A DNA stretch of 64,000 bases from an uncultured Thermoleophilia bacterium (GCA_963702475.1 CAVPCT010000006.1:289405-353404), one strand, 5' to 3'; positions 8,423 to 17,887 are shown, counted from the first letter of the stretch. Made by a program: numbers and translations. Notes: generated by a model from the sequence alone, not told the origin.

Positions 8423-9307
8423 GTGATCACCGTGAGCGACGATCAGGGTCTGGTCCTCGTGATCGGCGGCGCGGAGCACGAAGGGTCGGCCGCCGTTCGT
8501 CACCTGCGCCAGCGCGGCCGGCCCGTGCGGGCGCTGCTCAGGGAGGGCGAGGACATCGCGGCGGAGCGGCTGTACTCAGCCGGCGCATCTCCCGTGTTCG
8601 CCGACCCCGGGGACCTCGCCGCGGTCGAACGCGCCCTGGCGGGCGTGCGCTCCCTCGTCCTGAGCATCGACGAGGCCGACAACGGCCCGCGGGCGCGGTT
8701 GCATGAGGGCAGGGTCGTGGCGGAGGCAGCCGGCAGGGCACCCGACCTCGTCGAGCTGGTCTATATCGCGGGGTCCGGCACCGAGCACCACCAGATCTCC
8801 TGCGACCGAAGCAGGGAGATCGAGGAGCTCCTGCGCAAGCTCGGGCTGCCGCTCACGGTGTTGCGTCCGGTCACGCTGATGGAGGAGATCCCCTGGTACT
8901 GGCTGCACCGGTACGACAGCGGGCTCGAGCTGGCCACGCCTTACGAGCCCGGCCTGCCTCTGCCGCTGGTCGCCGCCGACGACGTGGGCGCGCTGGCCGC
9001 GCTCGCCGTCATCGCGCCGGAGCAGTTCGCGGGACACCCCCAGGTGACCGTGGCCGGCGACGAGGCCACACCGCGGAGCATCGCCGACGAGCTGGCACGC
9101 GATCTCGGAGAACCGGTGCGGCTGACCGAGGTACAGGTGGAAGGCGTCTTCATGTACCCGGATGCCGTGGGACACGCGCGCGATCTGGAGTGGCTGCGCA
9201 GCGTCCACCCGAGGCTCCAGACGCTGCGTGCCTGGCTGACGGAGTGCGGCTCAGACGTCTGCCGCAGCATGGTCGGTCTCGCCCCCGGCGGTCACACCAG
9301 AGTCTGA
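8423..9307 (+). CDS. NmrA-like / atypical SDR NAD(P)-binding protein
   Basis: Rossmann-like N-terminus LVLVIGGAEHEGSAAVRHLRQRG. AGGAGG lies just upstream. The start is GTG 8423 or GTG 8432. The 3' end overlaps the convergent gene by 57 nt. Confidence 0.6.
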   Translation: MITVSDDQGLVLVIGGAEHEGSAAVRHLRQRGRPVRALLREGEDIAAERLYSAGASPVFADPGDLAAVERALAGVRSLVLSIDEADNGPRARLHEGRVVAEAAGRAPDLVELVYIAGSGTEHHQISCDRSREIEELLRKLGLPLTVLRPVTLMEEIPWYWLHRYDSGLELATPYEPGLPLPLVAADDVGALAALAVIAPEQFAGHPQVTVAGDEATPRSIADELARDLGEPVRLTEVQVEGVFMYPDAVGHARDLEWLRSVHPRLQTLRAWLTECGSDVCRSMVGLAPGGHTRV

Positions 9308-10588
9308 CCCGGACCGCGCCTTCTCCGCGTCGAGCGGAAGGTAGTAGCGGATGACGATCAGCGCCGCCAGGGCGGCGCCGATCATGTTCGTCATGTCGAG
9401 GACGCGGTACGGCCACATGCGCAGCGACAGCAGCGTCGCGGCGGCCCCGAGGGCGATCGTCACCCCTTGACGGCCGCCGGGAGGCGGCGCCACGAGGACG
9501 AGCGCGAGCGGCACGATGACCCACACGTAGGCCATCTGCCACGCCAGGGGTGAGAAGAGGAGCGTCAGGAGCACGGCGAGGAGCAGCATGGCGTTGCGCT
9601 CGGCGCCGGCGTCGATGCTCCGCTTCTCCTGCGGCAGGCGTCGCGCGTTCCTCCCGGCCAGCCACGCAAGGAAGAGCAGCGCGGCGTAGCCCAGGGCTGA
9701 GCCGGCCTTGACAAGCGTGGGGTAGCGCGACCAGAACCGCAGCGGTGTCTGGTTGTAGGGCGATGGGTCGGACCCGGCGATGGCCGGAAGGATGTCGGCC
9801 ACGTAGTCACGGTACAGAGAGATGTCGACCCAGACGAGCGACACGGCGAGGACCGCGAGACCGCAGACGAGCGTCTTCAGCACGAAGCGCCAGTCGCGGA
9901 AGTAGAGCACCACGACCAGCACGAGCAGCACCGGGGAGACCTTGACGGCCACGGCCACCGCGAACAGGGTCGCGGAGGGCCACCCCTTCCAGCGTGGGTA
10001 GAGCATGAAGCCGACGATGGAGAGAGCCGCGACGATCATGTCGATCTGGCCCTCGTGCACGTGGTAGAAGAACGGGAACGAGACCAGGGTGAGCAGGACG
10101 CAGGCGGTGAGCGTCTCCAGCCGCCGGCCGCGACGCACGAGCACGGCGACCGCGATCAGCAGGGCGAAGCACGTGACGTCCAGGGCCAGCCAGGCGGCGC
10201 GCGCGGCGTCGTAGTCGGCGCGCGCCAGCAGGCCCATCAGCGGGAGGACCGTGGGCGGGTAGATGAACCCGGAGATCGTGGGATCGTCGTGACGTGGGTG
10301 CTGGATCGCCCGGGCGTCGGCGGGGTGGTTGAGGTACGGATCGAGCCCGAGGTCCCAGTTGTGACCCCCCGCGTAGTACTGGAAGAAATCGTGCTGCGGG
10401 ACGCCGATCCCCGAGTTCAGGTCGTCGTAGGTGCTGCGCACGATCGGCACCCAGAAGCCGACGGCCAGGGCGACAGCCGCCAGCAGGAGCAGCACGCAGA
10501 CTGTGCGCCGGCTGAGCCAGGCGCCGGCCGCCGCGGGGCCGGCGTCAGGCGGCCCTTCGCCGGCCGGTCCGGGTGCGTCTCGGTGCAT
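9251..10588 (-). CDS. Polytopic membrane glycosyltransferase-like protein (DUF2029 / GT87-like)
   Basis: Many TM helices and N-terminal loop motifs (FFQYYAGG, GFIYPPTVLPLMGLL) typical of GT87 mannosyltransferase-like proteins. Start at ATG aa 27 of ORF 9251-10666. Confidence 0.6.
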   Translation of the reverse strand: MHRDAPGPAGEGPPDAGPAAAGAWLSRRTVCVLLLLAAVALAVGFWVPIVRSTYDDLNSGIGVPQHDFFQYYAGGHNWDLGLDPYLNHPADARAIQHPRHDDPTISGFIYPPTVLPLMGLLARADYDAARAAWLALDVTCFALLIAVAVLVRRGRRLETLTACVLLTLVSFPFFYHVHEGQIDMIVAALSIVGFMLYPRWKGWPSATLFAVAVAVKVSPVLLVLVVVLYFRDWRFVLKTLVCGLAVLAVSLVWVDISLYRDYVADILPAIAGSDPSPYNQTPLRFWSRYPTLVKAGSALGYAALLFLAWLAGRNARRLPQEKRSIDAGAERNAMLLLAVLLTLLFSPLAWQMAYVWVIVPLALVLVAPPPGGRQGVTIALGAAATLLSLRMWPYRVLDMTNMIGAALAALIVIRYYLPLDAEKARSGSDSGVTAGGETDHAAADV

Positions 10589-10729
10589 GCTGCTCCTCCG
10601 CGTGTGGGTGCGGCCGCCGCCGCCGCTCGCATCCCGGACCCTACGCGGCGAGGCCGGAGCGTGCAACGAAGCCTGTCGCTCGTGCGCGGTCTCCTGCGGT
10701 GCCGGCCTTACCCCCCGGGTCCCGGGACG

Positions 10730-11953
10730 TCACGGCCGGCTCTCGAGCGCGGCCACCGCCCGCGGCAGGTCAGCGAGCCACGAGACCTCTGCGTCCGGCG
10801 GAGCGGCCCCGGCTGGCCGGGCTGCGCGCACCCGGTTGAACCAGACCGCGCGCAGGCCGGCTTGCCTCGCGCCCTCGACGTCGTTGGCCCACGAGTCGCC
10901 GACCATCACCGCGTCGTGCGCTCCCAGGGGGACGCCGCCGTGCCCCGCACGCAGTAAGACGGCCCTGAAGAAGAACGGATCGGGCTTGGCGACACCCACG
11001 TCGCGCGAGCTCACGACGTCGTCCACCAGGTCTGCAAGGCCCACGCGCGCGAGCGCCGCGCGGACGTCGCGCGCGCTCGAGTCCTCGGCGTTGGTGGCGA
11101 CGATGATGCGGTGGTCCGCGCGCAGCGACTCCAGCGCCTCTGCAGCTCCCTCGACCGCCGCGACGCGAGCCCACGTCGCCATGGGCCCCGGCTGCGTCCC
11201 GTCGTCCTCCATCAGGGTGCCGCCCCAGTCGACCAGAACGACAGCCGCAGATTCTCGCGTGGGGCCGACCCGCGCCGCCCGGATCTGCTTCCCCCCGGGG
11301 ACTGGCCGGACGCTCGCCATGGCGTCCGGCCGCGGCGGAAGCAGGAGGGCCGCGGCGGCGACGATGACGACAGCCAGTGCCCAGGCGCCGAGCACGTCGG
11401 TCAGCCAGTGGACGCCCAGGTACAGGCGCGAGGCGCCCATGACGACGGCGAAGATGCCGACGAGCACCGACGCGGGCAGGCGCCACCTCGTCGGCCAGGC
11501 CACCACCGCGATGGCGAGCGCCAAGGTCGCCGAGGCCAGCGAGTGGCCGCTGGGGAACGCCAGGCCGCTCACGTGCAGGGCGGCGTCCTCTACCGGCGGC
11601 CGGATCCGCCCGAACGCCAGCTTGAGCAGCGGGTTGAGCGCGAGCGCGGTCACCAGTGCCGCGGCCAGGAACGCGGCCGCCCGCCGTCTGCTTGTGGCCG
11701 TCAGGCCGGCGACGACGGCCACACCGGCCGCCGCGATGGCGAGCCACTGACCGAGGCCGGTGTAGGCCTCGAAGAACCCGGTCAGCGCCGGTGTGCGGCG
11801 GGCGGCGAGCATCTCGTTGATGGCTACGTCCAGACCAGCGGACCCGCCGCTCAGGGCGATGGTCGCGATGGCCGCGAACGCGACCAGGCCGGCGATGAGC
11901 GCCGTGAGGGCGGCGCGACGGTGCGGTCCGCCGCCGCTCAGCACCCCGGGCAT
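10730..11953 (-). CDS. PAP2 phosphatase - HAD hydrolase fusion protein
   Basis: The N-terminal membrane half has the three PAP2 motifs KLAFGRIRPP, FPSGHS and SRLYLGVHWLTDV. The C-terminal half is HAD-like (VLVDWGGTL, VSSRDVGVAKPD, MVGDSWANDVEGA). Start at ATG aa 172 of ORF 10730-12466, overlapping the upstream stop by 16 nt. Confidence 0.7.
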   Translation of the reverse strand: MPGVLSGGGPHRRAALTALIAGLVAFAAIATIALSGGSAGLDVAINEMLAARRTPALTGFFEAYTGLGQWLAIAAAGVAVVAGLTATSRRRAAAFLAAALVTALALNPLLKLAFGRIRPPVEDAALHVSGLAFPSGHSLASATLALAIAVVAWPTRWRLPASVLVGIFAVVMGASRLYLGVHWLTDVLGAWALAVVIVAAAALLLPPRPDAMASVRPVPGGKQIRAARVGPTRESAAVVLVDWGGTLMEDDGTQPGPMATWARVAAVEGAAEALESLRADHRIIVATNAEDSSARDVRAALARVGLADLVDDVVSSRDVGVAKPDPFFFRAVLLRAGHGGVPLGAHDAVMVGDSWANDVEGARQAGLRAVWFNRVRAARPAGAAPPDAEVSWLADLPRAVAALESRP

Positions 11954-12672
11954 ATGAGCCCGCCGAGCAGCTCGGGAAGCTCGTCGAAGCGGCGCACGAT
12001 GAGGTCGGCCGTCGAATGCCGCAGGTCGTGGTCGTTGACGGCCACGAAGTGGGCGGCGGCCATTCCGGCGGCCTGGGCCCCGGCGACGTCGGTGCGCTGG
12101 ATGTCGCCGACGTGGGCCGCCTCCCCGGCGCGGACGCCCAGCTGTGCGAGCGTGTGCCGGAACACGCGCACGTCGGGCTTGCTGACGCCGTGCTCGTTGG
12201 AGAAGAAGAGGTACTCGAAGGACTCCAACATGTCGTACCGGGACAGCACCTGGCGCAGCACGCGTCCCGGAGACCACCCGGTATCGCAGATCACCGCGAG
12301 GTGGAAGCGTTCGCGGAGCCGCGGCAGGGTCGCCTGGGCCCCGGGCATGGGCTCCGGCGGCAGCTCCAGCACGAGGTCCTCGAAAGCCCCCACCACCCGC
12401 TCGCCGACCTCGTCCGGGGGTGTGAACCCCAGGGCCATGAACATCGCGTCCACGAGCTCCGCGCACGGCGGCGTACGGTGCTCAACGATCCAGACGCGGT
12501 CGAAATGGTCGAAGGCGGTGCGCAGGGCCTCGTCGACGATCAGCGGCGAGCACTCCGTCCCGAGTCCGGCCAGCTCGTCGCGGACGATCTGCGCGCGGCG
12601 TGCCTCCCTCTCCCGACCGTGGGGGTCGGCGACCAGCGTGTTCCAGAAGTCGAACGTGACGGCGCGCAGCAT
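11938..12672 (-). CDS. HAD-superfamily hydrolase
   Basis: MLRAVTFDFWNTLV (motif I), FFSNEHGVSKPD and HVGDIQRTDVAGAQAAG. This is the 244-aa C-terminal part of ORF 11938-13524. Confidence 0.8.
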   Translation of the reverse strand: MLRAVTFDFWNTLVADPHGREREARRAQIVRDELAGLGTECSPLIVDEALRTAFDHFDRVWIVEHRTPPCAELVDAMFMALGFTPPDEVGERVVGAFEDLVLELPPEPMPGAQATLPRLRERFHLAVICDTGWSPGRVLRQVLSRYDMLESFEYLFFSNEHGVSKPDVRVFRHTLAQLGVRAGEAAHVGDIQRTDVAGAQAAGMAAAHFVAVNDHDLRHSTADLIVRRFDELPELLGGLICPGC

Positions 12673-12765
12673 GGCGCAAGCGTACCAGAGGGCAGTGCGC
12701 AGGACGGCGGGCATCGTCGGCGTCGGCCCGCCCATCCCCGCGCCGGCACTCCCGGCTCCTGCTGT

Positions 12766-12771
12766 TAGACT
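12766..12771 (+). promoter_or_regulatory. Candidate -10 hexamer (TAGACT) for a leaderless CDF transcript
   Basis: TAGACT ends 6 nt before ATG 12778, and there is no Shine-Dalgarno in between. Confidence 0.3.
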
Positions 12772-12777
12772 GAACGC

Positions 12778-13770
12778 ATGGCGGCGGAATCGAAGAAGGC
12801 GATCGTCGCGGCGATCGTCGGCAACGCCGCGATCGCCGTGATCAAGTTCATCGCCGGTGCCATGACCGGCAGCTCGGCGATGATCTCCGAGGGTATCCAC
12901 TCGCTCGTGGACACGGGCAACGGCGGCCTGCTGTTCTATGGGCTGAAGCGGGGGGCCAGGCCCGCCGACCGCGAGCATCCCTTCGGCCACGGCGGCGAGG
13001 TCTACTTCTGGAGCCTCATCGTCGCCGTGAGCATCTTCGGCATCGGCGGCGGCATGTCGATCTACGAGGGCATCACGCACATGCAGCATCCCGTGACCCT
13101 CAAAGACCCCACCGTCAACTACGTCGTGCTTGCGCTGGCTATGGCATTCGAGTCGCTCTCGTTCACCGTCGCCTGGCGCGCGTTCAAGCGCGCGAAGGGC
13201 AAACGCGGCGTGCTCTCCGCCATCCACCGCGGCAAGGACCCGAGCCTGTTCACGGTGCTGTTCGAGGACACAGCGGCACTGCTCGGCCTCGTGGTGGCCT
13301 TCTTCGGCGTGCTGCTCAGCCACACGCTGGACATGCCGGTGCTCGACGGGGCAGCGTCGGTGGGCATCGGGGCGATCCTCGTGTGTGCCGCACTCTGGCT
13401 GGCCTACGAGAGCAAGAGCCTTCTGGTGGGCGAGGCTGCGGACCCGGACGTGGTCGCCACGATCCGCGAAATCGCGCTGGCCGACCCCGATGTGGAAGGC
13501 CTCGGTGTGGTGCTGACCATGCACCTCGGCCCGGAGGACGTGTTGCTCAACATCGAGGTGCAGTTCACGCCGGGCCTGCCCGCGGAATCCGTTCAGGAGG
13601 CAGTGCTTCGCATCGAGGACCTCATCACTGAGAGGTACCCCGAGGTGAACCGCATCTTCATCGAGGTCCGGGCGTTGCGGCCCGGCGCGACCGGGGGCGA
13701 GCCCGGGGTCGCCGCGGGCGCGGCGTCCGGAGACGCGGCCGTCGCGGAGAGCGCAGGGTCTGCGACATGA
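12778..13770 (+). CDS. Cation diffusion facilitator (CDF) family metal efflux transporter
   Basis: N-terminus KKAIVAAIVGNAAIAVIKFIAG...SEGIHSLVDTGN, six TM helices and a C-terminal cytoplasmic domain. Confidence 0.9.
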   Translation: MAAESKKAIVAAIVGNAAIAVIKFIAGAMTGSSAMISEGIHSLVDTGNGGLLFYGLKRGARPADREHPFGHGGEVYFWSLIVAVSIFGIGGGMSIYEGITHMQHPVTLKDPTVNYVVLALAMAFESLSFTVAWRAFKRAKGKRGVLSAIHRGKDPSLFTVLFEDTAALLGLVVAFFGVLLSHTLDMPVLDGAASVGIGAILVCAALWLAYESKSLLVGEAADPDVVATIREIALADPDVEGLGVVLTMHLGPEDVLLNIEVQFTPGLPAESVQEAVLRIEDLITERYPEVNRIFIEVRALRPGATGGEPGVAAGAASGDAAVAESAGSAT

Positions 13771-13964
13771 CCTGGATCAACGCCGCCCTCATCGCCTGCG
13801 TGGTCGCCACCCTGTGTCTCGGCTTCTACCTCGTGTGGTTCATCGCACACCCAAACCGCCCGGAACAGGAGCAGCAGGAGAGCGACGAAGGCGCTGGCAG
13901 TCAGGGTCTCGAGGACCCTGACGACGGGCGTCGCGAGGAGGATCCGGCGGGTGAGCGTCGCTGA
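13767..13964 (+). CDS. Small single-TM protein with an acidic tail (hypothetical)
   Basis: The ATG overlaps the CDF stop (ATGA). MTWINAALIACVVATLCLGFYLVWFIAHP is followed by an E/D/Q-rich tail. There is no family match by eye. Confidence 0.3.
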   Translation: MTWINAALIACVVATLCLGFYLVWFIAHPNRPEQEQQESDEGAGSQGLEDPDDGRREEDPAGERR

Positions 13965-14089
13965 ACGTACGGCGGGCCGCGGGGCGCCGGTGCTCGAGTC
14001 GGAGTGTCCATGACGCCGAGATCGAGACCGGCGGCAGCGTCATGCTGCGGCGCGACCCGCGGCCTCACTCTCCCTGAGGATGAGGCGCC

Positions 14090-14704
14090 GTGACCTCACG
14101 AGCCGGCGGCCGGCGCCCTCGGGTGGTCCTGAACGAAGGCACGCGCATCGTGCTTGCCGGCCTCGGCCTGTACGTCGTGATCGCCGTCGTGATCTGGCTG
14201 TTCCCGGCCCTGCGCTTCACGCCGGCCCGCCCCGCGTGGGCCGCGATCGCGGGCTGGGGGCTTCTCCTGGCGTCGCTCGCCGTGTGGCTCGTGGCGGCGC
14301 GAAGCATGCGCGCCGCGTACGCGGCCGGGCAGTTCCCGACGGCCGGGCTGTTCGCGTGGGTGCGACACCCCATCTACACAGCCCTCATCTTCGTGCAGTG
14401 CCCGGGCCTGATTGTCTGGCTGTGGGGCTGGCCGGCGCTGGTCCTGCCGTTCGTCGCGTACGGACTGTCCCGCTGGGCGGTGCGGCGCGAGGAATCGCGC
14501 CTGTACGATCACTTCGGGCCGTCGTACGAGGCTTACCAGCGCACCGTCCCGGCGCTCTTCCCGCGCCTGCGCCGCCGGCCGCCGCCGGGTGTCGGCGGCG
14601 AACTCGTCAATCGCAGAGTGAAGACGCGCAAGGCCGCGGCGGCCCGCTCCGCCGCCCGCCGGGGCGGCAAGGACCGCTCGGACTCGCACCTCCGCGGGCT
14701 CTGA
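14090..14704 (+). CDS. Isoprenylcysteine carboxyl / phospholipid methyltransferase family membrane protein
   Basis: GLFAWVRHPIYTALIF...REESRLYDHFGPSYEAYQRTVPALFP is typical of the ICMT/PEMT family. GTG start. Confidence 0.72.
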   Translation: MTSRAGGRRPRVVLNEGTRIVLAGLGLYVVIAVVIWLFPALRFTPARPAWAAIAGWGLLLASLAVWLVAARSMRAAYAAGQFPTAGLFAWVRHPIYTALIFVQCPGLIVWLWGWPALVLPFVAYGLSRWAVRREESRLYDHFGPSYEAYQRTVPALFPRLRRRPPPGVGGELVNRRVKTRKAAAARSAARRGGKDRSDSHLRGL

Positions 14705-14735
14705 GGGCGCGGAAAGCCGGAGGTCGCCCCGAAGC

Positions 14736-15503
14736 TCACCCGCCGAGCGGGCGCAGGTGCGCGCTCGCGACCCGCCGCTTGCAGCGGTCGCACAGGTCGT
14801 CGCTGCCGTCGATCCCGTGGGTCTGGGAAGCCGCCATGGCCGCGGCGTGCTCGCGCGTGGTGATCGGCCTGCCGCAGTGCTCGCAGGGCAAGAGCTCGAA
14901 CGTGCGCCCCCAGATCGTGCGTGTGGTGGGTGTGTCCCCCATGCCGATGCACGCGGTGGGGCAGACTTCGTGACAGGATCCGCAGCCCACGCAGTTGAGG
15001 GCCGTCTCCTGCCCGTACGGCGGGCCGATGTACTTGTGGTCGCCGCGGCCGATCGCTGCGAGCGCGCTGTAGCCCAGGGCCGCGCACACGCGCACGCAGA
15101 GCTCGCAGAGGATGCAGTCCGGGAGAGGGGCGCCGGTCAGGGGCGCGAAGCGTGGCTCCGCGGCTCCGAGTCGGGCGGCCAGCCGCTGAAGGACGGGGGC
15201 CCGTGGCGCGCGACGCAGCAGGAGCTGCACGTTCATGAGCCGGTGCTTGCGGATGGCCGGCGAGTCGGTGACCACATCGAGGCCGTCGGACGCAGGGTAG
15301 TCGCACGAGGTGGTCAGCTGCGTCCAGTCGCGGCCCGGCCGCCGGATCTCGACCAGGCAGAGCCGGCACGACGCGACGGCCGGCACCCCCTCGTTGTGGC
15401 AGAGCGCCGGCACGTCGCGCCCGGCACGGCGAGCGGCGTCGAGGACGCTCGCGTCGGCGGGCGCCGTCACCTGTTCGCCGTCGATGATGAGCGATACGTC
15501 CAC
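14736..15503 (-). CDS. [2Fe-2S] plus [4Fe-4S] iron-sulfur subunit resembling the N-terminal FeS part of HydA/NuoG, with no catalytic domain
   Basis: Plant-type 2Fe-2S pattern C..ASCRLCLVEI...TSC, then CILCELCVRVC and CVGCGSCHEVCPTAC. It is the last gene of the aor operon. Confidence 0.8.
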   Translation of the reverse strand: MDVSLIIDGEQVTAPADASVLDAARRAGRDVPALCHNEGVPAVASCRLCLVEIRRPGRDWTQLTTSCDYPASDGLDVVTDSPAIRKHRLMNVQLLLRRAPRAPVLQRLAARLGAAEPRFAPLTGAPLPDCILCELCVRVCAALGYSALAAIGRGDHKYIGPPYGQETALNCVGCGSCHEVCPTACIGMGDTPTTRTIWGRTFELLPCEHCGRPITTREHAAAMAASQTHGIDGSDDLCDRCKRRVASAHLRPLGG

Positions 15504-15512
15504 GGCGCCCTC

Positions 15513-17366
15513 CTACCGCACCAGCACGGCGTCGTACTTGCACACGTCTTTGCAGATGCCGCACTTGATGCAGAGCTCCTGGTCGATCGCGTGCGGCTGC
15601 TTCTTCTGGCCGGTGATCGCTTCCTGCGGGCAGCGGCGTGCGCACAGCATGCAGCCGGTGCACGACTCCGCGTCGATACTGAATGCGATGAGCGCCTTGC
15701 ACACACCCGCGGGGCAGCGCTTCTCGTCCACGTGCGCGAGGTACTCGTCGCGGAAGTAGTGCAGCGTCGACAGCACCGGATTGACGGCGCTCGTGCCCAG
15801 GGCGCACAGCGAGGTGGCCTCCACCGTGTCTGCGAGCTCCTCTACCAGGGCGAGCGTCTCGCGCGTGCCGCGGCCTTCGGCGATCTCGCCAAGCAGCTCG
15901 TGCAGGCACTCGAGACCGTCGCGGCACGAGGTACAGTTGCCGCACGACTCCGAGGCCAGGAAGCGGAGGAAGTACCTGGCGACGTCCACCATGCACGTGT
16001 CTTCGTCCATGACGATCATGCCGCCCGACCCCATCATGGAGCCCTCGGCCACGAGCGTGTCGAAGTCCACGGGCACGTCCAGCTTCTCCGCAGGCAGGCA
16101 GCCTCCGGACGGCCCGCCGGTCTGGACTGCCTTGAACGCCTTTCCCCCCGGGATGCCGCCGCCGGCGTCGAAGATGATCTCGCGCAGGCTCATGCCCATC
16201 GGGACCTCGACCAGGCCGGTGTTGTTCACCTTGCCGACCAGGGAGAAGATCTTCGTCCCCGGAGAGCCGTCTGTGCCGATCGCACGAAACCACCCGGCGC
16301 CGTTGAGCACGATGTGCGGCACGTTGGCCCAGGTCTCCACGTTGTTGACGTTGGTCGGCCGACCCCACAGCCCGTGTTCTGAGAGATGGATGAGCCGCCG
16401 GTGCGGCACGCCGCGGCGGCCCTCCAGCGACGCCATCATGGCGCTCGCCTCGCCGCACACGAACGCGCCGCCGCCGCGGCTCACGCGCACGTTGAGGCAC
16501 AGACCGCTCCCGAGGATGTCGTCGCCGAGCAGGCCGAGCTCGCGCGCCTGACCGATGGCCACGTCGAGGTGCTCCACGGCCAGTGGGTACTCCTGACGCA
16601 CGTACACCACACCCTCTCGGGCCCCGATGGCGAAGGCCCCGATGGTCATGCCCTCGAGCACGCTGTGAGGGTTCCCCTCGAGGATCGAGCGATCCATGAA
16701 GGCGCCCGGATCGCCCTCGTCGGCGTTGCACACCACGTACTTGAGGTCTCCCTCCGCCCTGCGGCAGGCCTCCCACTTGCGACCGGCGGGGAAGCCCGCT
16801 CCGCCCCTGCCCCGCAAGCCCGAGCGCTTGACCTCGTCCAGGACGGCCTCCGGGCCCAACTCCAATGCCTTGGCGAGCGCCGAATAGCCGCCGACGGCGA
16901 TGTAGTCGTCGATCGAGGTGGGGTCGCGCCGGCCGGCGTCGCGCAAGAGGAGCCGCTCCTGGTAGCGGTAGAAGGGGATCTGGTCCTCGCGGGTGTGTCG
17001 CAGGCCGGTCGCCGGGTCCTCGTACAGCAGACGCTCGAGCACTTCGCCGTTCAGCAGGGCCTTCTCGACGAGCTCGGGCACGTCCTCCACGCGCACGCGC
17101 TGGTAGAGGATACCCTTGGGGTAGAGGAGCACGAGCGGCCCGCGCTCACAGAACCCGTGGCAGCCGGTCGCCCGCATCGTGACCAGGCAGTCCGAGCCGA
17201 GTGCCTCGAGTTCGTCGCACAGGGCCCGGAACACCTTCATGGCGCCTTGCGCCCGGCAGCCCGTCCCGCCGCAGACGGCGACGACCGTAGCGGCGGCGTC
17301 CCGGCCCGCGACCAGCGCGTCGCGGTGGCTGCCCAGAGAGCCGGGGTCGGCGAACCGCGCGCTCAC
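15513..17366 (-). CDS. NuoF/HydB-like NAD(P)H-binding flavoprotein subunit with an extra N-terminal 2Fe-2S domain and a C-terminal 2x[4Fe-4S] domain
   Basis: GRGGAGFPAGRKWE (FMN/NADH site) and ESCGNCTSCRDG (N3 cluster). N-terminal thioredoxin-like VCGGTGC...CHGFCERGP. C-terminal CTGCMLCARRCP and CIKCGICKDVC. Confidence 0.92.
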   Translation of the reverse strand: MSARFADPGSLGSHRDALVAGRDAAATVVAVCGGTGCRAQGAMKVFRALCDELEALGSDCLVTMRATGCHGFCERGPLVLLYPKGILYQRVRVEDVPELVEKALLNGEVLERLLYEDPATGLRHTREDQIPFYRYQERLLLRDAGRRDPTSIDDYIAVGGYSALAKALELGPEAVLDEVKRSGLRGRGGAGFPAGRKWEACRRAEGDLKYVVCNADEGDPGAFMDRSILEGNPHSVLEGMTIGAFAIGAREGVVYVRQEYPLAVEHLDVAIGQARELGLLGDDILGSGLCLNVRVSRGGGAFVCGEASAMMASLEGRRGVPHRRLIHLSEHGLWGRPTNVNNVETWANVPHIVLNGAGWFRAIGTDGSPGTKIFSLVGKVNNTGLVEVPMGMSLREIIFDAGGGIPGGKAFKAVQTGGPSGGCLPAEKLDVPVDFDTLVAEGSMMGSGGMIVMDEDTCMVDVARYFLRFLASESCGNCTSCRDGLECLHELLGEIAEGRGTRETLALVEELADTVEATSLCALGTSAVNPVLSTLHYFRDEYLAHVDEKRCPAGVCKALIAFSIDAESCTGCMLCARRCPQEAITGQKKQPHAIDQELCIKCGICKDVCKYDAVLVR

Positions 17367-17878
17367 GACGGCTCCTCGGCAGCCAGGAGCTCGCCGACCA
17401 GCCGGGAGAGACGCTCACTGGTCATGTGGCCGTGGTAGTCGTCGTCGAGGAGGACGAGCGGGCCGAGGGCGCAGGCGCCCACGCAGCTCACCTCCTCGAC
17501 GGTCAGCGATGAGTCGGGTGCGGTGCCGCCGGCCGCCACACCGGTGTCGCGCTCCAGCTGCTCTAGCAGCCGCGGCGCACCTCGCACGTGGCAGGCGGTG
17601 CCCATGCAGACGGTACAGGTGTGCCTGCCGCGGGGCTCGGTGCGGAAGCCGTGGTAGAAGGTCGCCACCCCGTAGACCTGTGTCTCCGACAGCACGACGT
17701 GGGACGCCGTCTCACGCATGGCCGCCTCCGGCAGGTAGCTGAACTCGGCCTGCAGGTCGTGCAGGATGTTCACGAGGTCGCCCGGGTCACGCCGGGGGTA
17801 GCGGGCAAGGACCGACGCGATCCGGCTCTGGTCGGTCGCCGCGTCGCTCACCGTCTCGTCCTTCCGGCGGTCCATCAT
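17363..17878 (-). CDS. NuoE/HydC-like [2Fe-2S] subunit
   Basis: CTVCMGTACHVRG and VSCVGACALGP cysteine pattern. The stop overlaps the NuoF-like start by 4 nt. Confidence 0.9.
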   Translation of the reverse strand: MMDRRKDETVSDAATDQSRIASVLARYPRRDPGDLVNILHDLQAEFSYLPEAAMRETASHVVLSETQVYGVATFYHGFRTEPRGRHTCTVCMGTACHVRGAPRLLEQLERDTGVAAGGTAPDSSLTVEEVSCVGACALGPLVLLDDDYHGHMTSERLSRLVGELLAAEEPS

Positions 17879-17887
17879 GCCGTCCTC

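Noticed and set aside
11954-12466. 171-codon N-terminal extension of the PAP2-HAD ORF
   Set aside because: It is Arg/Gly/Pro-rich and overlaps the upstream HAD hydrolase gene in another frame. The membrane protein plausibly starts at ATG 11953.
14533-16776. 747-aa minus-strand ORF and the 541-aa plus-strand ORF 14757-16382
   Set aside because: These are alternate-frame or antisense readings of the NuoF-like and FeS subunit genes. They are Arg/Gly/Pro-rich with no motifs.
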